Origin: Prorocentrum cordatum
Lineage: Eukaryota
Direction: 5' to 3'
Length of the DNA: 57,601 nucleotides
NCBI GenBank assembly: GCA_963575745.1
Contig: CAUYUJ010000013.1
Span: 62,001-119,601 of the forward strand
The notes beneath the pieces are model-generated. The model was given only the letters and a program-made list of their open reading frames with translations. It was not told where the DNA came from and ran no database searches. Position 1 is the stretch's first letter. Each line of letters opens with the position of its first letter. A program made the position numbers and the translations under genes. This document shows, piece after piece, positions 50,600 to 57,601 of the stretch.

Positions 50600-53500
50600 G
50601 GGTAGACAGATGGGCAGGGAAAGTGGAACCGCCGATGTCGCGGACGATGGGCGCTTCCGCGCATGCATTGCGTCGCGCGCCTGGGCGTTGTACCAAAACT
50701 TCTCTTCCTCAGACCTGCGCCACAACTTGGAGCTGTTCGCCGTTCGGCGCCATTCCTTGCGACTCGGCAGAGGCCGCCCCAGCCTCCCTTCCCCCTTTCT
50801 TGTAGTCGGTTGGCGGTAGACAGCGGCATCTCCTGGCTCGTGCCGACGTTGCCCATGTGGCGCAGTGCTTGAGCGCCTCGCAAGGTTGGCCAAGGTTACG
50901 ACAGCGGCCTGCGCAACAGCCTCAGCGCTGCTCCCCCTGACCCGCTGTTCGCGATCGCGGTTGATCAGGGAAGTTGTCGGCCTTGTTCGCGGCCAGAAGT
51001 TGGGGGGCCTGGGGGGCGCGCAGGCCGTCGCCCGCGAAGAGCCCGGCAGAACGAAACACCAGTGCGAACAAAAATGAGCGCGCTGCTCAAAAACACAAGT
51101 CCGCGCAGCAACCGCGCGGACACAAGAGGTGCGTCGCGTCTCCTGAGCTCTTCTTCCACGACACGACGCGCGCGTCGAATAATGCCGCTTCTCGCTGCGA
51201 TGACAGTAGCGCGCCAGTCGCGCGCTCGCTCGCGTAGCTCAGCGCCCTCGGATTTAAAGACGGCCTTGGCTTGGCTGCGTCGTTCTCTCCCCCATCTGTA
51301 TACGAGACCTTGGCGGGGCCACAGCGCATCCAACACAGATGGTAGGCGCCCAGAATACCGCGCGTCGCATCGTCGGGCACTGGCTGTCCAGCTGCCCCTG
51401 GACTGCAGCGATCAACGGTGCAATCCATCATGCGGTTTGCACAACATCAAGTGGCACTCGGCGCCCTCATTGAAGTGGTCTGGGAAACTGACAGATGGCG
51501 CGCCTGCGTTGCCAGGACCCCGTCAAACTCTACACTCGCGACATGGGTTGCAGGCAGCCGCATCTTCTATGAGATAAGTCGCACTTCAAGGTCTCGGGCG
51601 CGATGCAATCGGAGAAGAAACCTGCGCATCTCTTCAATAAATTGCACCGCTTCCGTTAGTGCCAGCAGCGCACGTCACGCGGCCCCAGCGCGCGGAGTGG
51701 AGCTGGCGACCGCACTGCGGCCTCCTCGCGGCGCCCATGGTCTGGAAGGGCGGCAGGCACGCCGCGCACTGGGCGAGGCGGCGCCCATTCCAACGGGGCC
51801 TCTGTGCCTGACCTGGCACGCTGCTGGCGCTGGAAGGTCGCCTTGACTGTCGGGAAGGTCGGCGGCGGCAGCTGCCGCGTCGGCGCGCCGCGGCGCCGGG
51901 AGCCATTGTCGCGCTGGGAACTGGCCTCAATTTGCCGGCGTTGAAGCCCCGGCTCACGCGTGCTCGTTGCGCCCTGCGCGCGTTTTCCCGCGACTGCATC
52001 TTCTGGGCCGGCATCGCGCCGCGCACCCCTGGGGGGCGCGACGGCGACCGCCCGAGGCGCCAGGCGCCACCTCCCAGGCTGGTGACGCAATAGCGTCAAG
52101 GTCCGTAAGCGACGGCCGGCACGCCACGCGCGGGACCGTGCCCGCGCGGACGGCAGACGGAACATGTCGCCCGCCAGGTCCCTGGCGCGCCCGTTGCCGG
52201 CGCACTCGCCGACCACGGGGGCGTCGTCGCGCTCGGGGAAAAAATCTGGAAATCGAGTATTTCATCGGCGGCGGCGCAGGCGCCTGCGACTGCAGGCAGT
52301 CTTGGCGCGCGGCGGACGCGGGCAGAAACGGCCGCCCGTCGGAGTTCATCTCGGTGGCGTTCTGATCTGCGACACGTAGCCTCAGCAAGTTAATCCAGTC
52401 GACGGCGCGCTGCTGATGCTGCTGGAGGCGCCGCCGCTGCTCCATGGTGGAGCGGCGCAGCCCACGGCAGGGCGGCGCCCAGTCGCCTGCGCTTGGGCCG
52501 GCTGGTGGGCCGCCAGCGGTCTGGATCGGGTGTCTTGGCGCGGCGACTGGAGCAGTCGCTGGAACTGCCGCTGCCAAACCAGGCTGCCAGTTGATAACAG
52601 CCACGTGCTGGCATGAATCGTCGGCCCGCATGCCCACGATCATCGACGCGAAGTGCGCAGCGCCGGCCTGACTCGGCGGTCGCAACGAGGCGGGCGACGC
52701 CGCTGGCGCAGGCACCACGGCGTCTCGCATGCCACTGGAATCCAGCAACCGCCGCCCACAGGTCGTTGCACGCAAGACCGCCCGCGATGGCGATGGCGAT
52801 CTTTGCCGGCATGGCAGCCATGTCGGCAGCTGAGAACATGGCCCATGAAGTCAATGACCCTTGCTCTGAAAGAACGTCTCGTGCGCGTGGCCCTGCGTAA
52901 CGGCTCATTACGAGTGCCGTCCTTCATGTCGTTTTCACGTTCAAGATGTACGGGAGGTCTGGCTAGTACCAGCTCTTTGCCAATAAGACGGAGCGTAGCC
53001 GCATGTCGTCGTCGCCTCGCGGGCCGAAGTACAGCTCGTTCTGCCATGCCCAACCCTTCACGGGCGCCCTTGTCGCTTATTACCACTATACCGATGATGA
53101 AGCGAGGTGGCATCACCCCGTCGAACCTGTCGGTGACGAAGATGCGGTTGGCAGACGTCCACATGTCCACTGCAAATTGCATCAACCGTTTCATCGATAT
53201 GGGAAGTGCCACATCGGAGGCCAGACAGATGTCTGATTGGATGAGTGAGTCGCCCAACAGGTACGGGTAGGGCAGCCACGGATGAACTGCATGTTATGCC
53301 CCTTGCGGCAAAAGATGGACTCGAGGAGCGGGAAATAGGTGCAATGAATGAAATATTTGGGGCCTGGCGGGCCTATAGCGGCGACCCGCGTGCACGGCGA
53401 GATGGGCGCGAGGACGCCCAGCCTCGCGTGACCCTTCGCGGCCCTGATGAAGAGACAGAGGAGCCTTTGCCCCCTGAGGTAGTTTCAAATGAAGCCTACA

Positions 53501-54110
53501 CTTCTGTGTGCCGGCACGTGTCCGCCACGCTGGCGGTGTAGTCGAGGTGCTGGTCCACCATCCATTCCTGGACCATTTCGTGCCACTTCCCGTACGTGAC
53601 ACATTCCAGCAGATCACGAACGCCAATCCAGTCGTCGTAGATGTCTCAAGATAGAAGGGGTCCTCTTGCTGGAAGCACTTGCTGATATGGTCGTCGTGGA
53701 AGGGTCTGTGGCGGCAAGTAGTGGACCACCACTCGGATATCTTGGAGAGCTGAGACTGTCGTAGTTAGTAGCTGTGGCTGTTTGCTCGTAGCTCCTCCTT
53801 CAGCTGCTGCTCCAAGTCCTGTAACCGCAGTGTCGCGCGGCCGCGCCGAGTGTTGCGCATGTGTTGCTGTTCTTGTTAAGCAGCTGTATTGAATTCCACC
53901 CTGCACACTACAACGCACGTGGTCCTGATGTAGTGGTCGTCATCAAAGATCTCGCTGGGTTTCTCTGCACGTGGCCATGCTGGTGAGGAAGCTTTGCCAC
54001 GTCGCACGTCCTGTACCCTGGCGCCGTCCATTGGCGAGCACTCGACCGTTCGGTCGATCAGCGCGGTAGCCGACATCGGTCTATGCCAGTGGCCTGGCTG
54101 ACATCTGCAG
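50600..54110 (-). pseudogene. Decayed coding-like sequence of unknown identity (probably TE-derived)
   Basis: Protein-like minus-strand segments broken by stops and frameshifts, e.g. LQDLEQQLKEELRAN, DIYDDWIGVRDLLECVTYGKWHEMVQEW, AVQFIEEMRRFLLRLH; no domain recognised. Confidence 0.3.
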
Positions 54111-54134
54111 GTGGGGCAGCTGCTGCTGCTGCTG

Positions 54135-54247
54135 CTCATGGTCATGCTCATGCTCATGCTGATGCTGATGCTGATGCTCATGCTCATGTTCATGCTGATG
54201 CTCATGGTCATGGTCATCATCATCACCACCACCGCCATCATCATCAC

Positions 54248-54315
<68 letters not shown>

Positions 54316-54383
54316 GCACCATCATCAACCTCATCAGCATCATCATCAAGCATCGACGTCATCATCATCAGCATCAACATCAA

Positions 54384-54425
<42 letters not shown>

Positions 54426-54498
54426 GATCGTCAACATCATACTCAGTGTCGTCAACATCATCATCATCGCCAATATCAGCATCAGCATCAGCATCCTG

Positions 54499-54556
<58 letters not shown>

Positions 54557-54782
54557 ACAGTATCAGTACCACCATCATCATGATAATCTCCCTCATCATC
54601 ATCATGTTCATCATCATCAGCAGCATCATCAGCATCATCGTCGTCATCGTCATCATCATAATCAGCATCAGCATCATCATCATCAGCAGCAGCATTATCA
54701 TCATCACCATCACCACCATCAGCATCACCCTCGCCATCGCCATCACCATCAGCATCATCATCACAATCATCACAATCATCAC

Positions 54783-54828
<46 letters not shown>

Positions 54829-55107
54829 GTCAACATCAGCATCAGCATCATCATCATGACCAGTATCATCATCATGTTGCTCATCAGCATCATCATCATC
54901 ATCAACATCGTCGTCGCCATCGTCATCGTCATCATCGTAATCAACATCAGCATCAACATCATTATGAGCAGCATGAGCAGCAGCAAAATCATTATGACGA
55001 TCACCATCACCATCGCCATCGACATCGCCATCACCATCACTATCACCATCAGCATCACCATCAGCATCATCATCATCATCATCAGCATCATCATCAGCAT
55101 CATCATC
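54135..55107. repeat. Degenerate (CAT)n microsatellite
   Basis: Directly visible. Confidence 0.95.
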
Positions 55108-55220
55108 CAGTTCCTCCTCCTCCTCCTCCTCCTCCTGCTGATCCTCCTCACCCCTTCCTCCACCATCTCTGCCATCCTCCTCCCCGCTCACCATCCCTCT
55201 CCTTTTCTCCTCCCCCGACC

Positions 55221-55265
<45 letters not shown>

Positions 55266-55739
55266 GCGGCGGCGGCGACTACGTGGGCGGCCGCCCCGCC
55301 GCAAGAGGGGGGAAACGGCGGCGATCCGTCGTGGCAAGGACACCGTTCACGCTGATGTAGCTCAGCCTTCGAGCTTCGAGCGGAGGGAGGTCGAGGGAGC
55401 AACGAGGAGGAAGAGCAGAGAGGGCCGAGGAGAGGAGGATCGAAAAACCAAGCCTCGGACGACTTGGGCCCTTCCCTGGGAGGCGCCTCGCCGTACCCAG
55501 AAAGGCCAAGAGTGTCCCAAGAGGCCGCCGAGACGGTCCGAGGGGGTCCCTGATCGCCAAAAGATCGGTCCAAGACGCCTTCACGTCCTCCAGACTGCCC
55601 AGGACGCCCCCGGACGCCTCCAAGAGCACTCCCGTGCGCGCCCCACGAGGCCAAAGTCATGGATGTTTCGCAGATTGTTCTAAAATTTGGGCGTTCTCGC
55701 CGTTTGTACTTCACCACGCTCCAAAAAGCGACGTCCACG

Positions 55740-56061
55740 ACTACGACTACTATTTCTTCTTCTTCTTCTTCTTCTTCTTATTCTTCTTCTTATTCGTCTT
55801 CTTCTTATTCTTCTTCTTCTTCTTATTATTATTCTTCTTCTTATTATTATTCTTCTTCTTCTTCTTCTTCTTATTCTTATTCTTCTTATTCTTATTCTTC
55901 TTCTTCTTCTTCTTCTTATTCTTCTTATTAGTCTTCTTCTTCTTATTATTATTCTTCTTCTTCTTCTTCTTCTTATTCTTCTTCTTCTTCTTATTATTAT
56001 TATTATTATTCTTCTTATTCTTCTTCTTCTTATTCTTATTATTCTTCTTCTTCTTCTTCTT

Positions 56062-56093
<32 letters not shown>

Positions 56094-56156
56094 TCTTATT
56101 CTTCTTCTTCTACTACTACTACTACTACTACTACTACTGCTTCTGCTACTACTACT

Positions 56157-56206
<50 letters not shown>

Positions 56207-56213
56207 GCTGCTG

Positions 56214-56250
<37 letters not shown>

Positions 56251-56257
56251 CACTACT

Positions 56258-56316
<59 letters not shown>

Positions 56317-56362
56317 TACATCTCGTACTATTACTACTACTGCTACTGCTACGACGACGACG

Positions 56363-56403
<41 letters not shown>

Positions 56404-56426
56404 CACTACTACGACTGCTGCTGCTG

Positions 56427-56469
<43 letters not shown>

Positions 56470-56587
56470 GACTACTACTGCGACTACTACTACGACTACT
56501 ACGCCTACTACTATTACAACTGCTACCTCTACTACTACTACTACTACTACTACTACTTACTACTCCTAACACTACTACTACTACTAC

Positions 56588-56618
<31 letters not shown>

Positions 56619-56954
56619 ATTACTACTACTACTGCTCCTACGACGACTACGACGACTACGACGACGACGACAAAGATTACGACTTCGACGACGACGACGA
56701 CGACGACCTCTACTACTACTGCTAATACTGCTACTACTACTAACTACCACCACCACCACTACTACCATTACTACCACTTCTACTACTACGACTACTACCT
56801 ACTACTCCTACTAACTACTACTACTACTACTACTAACACCTACTACTACTACTACTACTAGTACTACTAGTACTACTACTACTACTGCTACTACTAGCTA
56901 CTACACTACTACTAACTACTACTACAACAACTACTGAAATAGTACTAGTACTAG

Positions 56955-56994
<40 letters not shown>

Positions 56995-57070
56995 GCCACG
57001 ACTACTACCACGCCTCCGAATACTACTACGACGGCGACTACTACTAATACTACTACTAATACTACTACTC

Positions 57071-57104
<34 letters not shown>

Positions 57105-57108
57105 ATCG

Positions 57109-57142
<34 letters not shown>

Positions 57143-57201
57143 ACTTACTTACTTACTTACTTACTTACTTGCTTACTTACTTACTTACTTAGTTACTTAC
57201 T

Positions 57202-57264
<63 letters not shown>

Positions 57265-57331
57265 GCTAGTACTATTACTATGACTAAGTACTTCTACGGC
57301 TACTACGACTACGACTACGACTACGACTACG

Positions 57332-57380
<49 letters not shown>

Positions 57381-57381
57381 G

Positions 57382-57420
<39 letters not shown>

Positions 57421-57426
57421 AACAAA

Positions 57427-57474
<48 letters not shown>

Positions 57475-57493
57475 GACACTACTACGGCTACGA

Positions 57494-57525
<32 letters not shown>

Positions 57526-57552
57526 ACGACTACGACTACGACTACGACTACG

Positions 57553-57601
<49 letters not shown>
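55740..57601. repeat. Compound (TTC/TTA)n, (CTA/CGA)n and (ACTT)n microsatellite
   Basis: Directly visible. Confidence 0.95.

Overview
GC-rich eukaryotic DNA made almost entirely of repeats. The microsatellite load and the style of the retroelement proteins suggest a dinoflagellate (inference, not shown). I found no intact host gene, RNA gene or CRISPR array, and nearly all listed ORFs are shadows of repeats. Main content: (1) a decayed ~8.3 kb Ty1/copia LTR retrotransposon on the minus strand (~20182-28516) with two diverged LTR copies, a tandemly duplicated gag, protease, integrase, a C5-cytosine-methyltransferase-like domain between integrase and RT, then RT and RNase H; (2) a second gag-protease remnant (~1015-3300, minus); (3) a Penelope-like RT remnant (~7250-8070, minus) and a LINE 3' remnant whose RNase H motifs appear permuted (~38060-39300, plus); (4) several non-autonomous DNA elements with readable ends: a Helitron-type 3' end, a Helitron2/Helentron-like family, a TA-flanked MITE and a TIR element with an 8-bp TSD; (5) a loop-less 154-bp palindrome; (6) many satellites (39, ~87, 99, ~300 and 386 bp units) and long microsatellites. 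The decayed copia appears to drift T>C/A>G, gaining CpG. Protein assignments come from motif recognition by eye and were not checked against any database.
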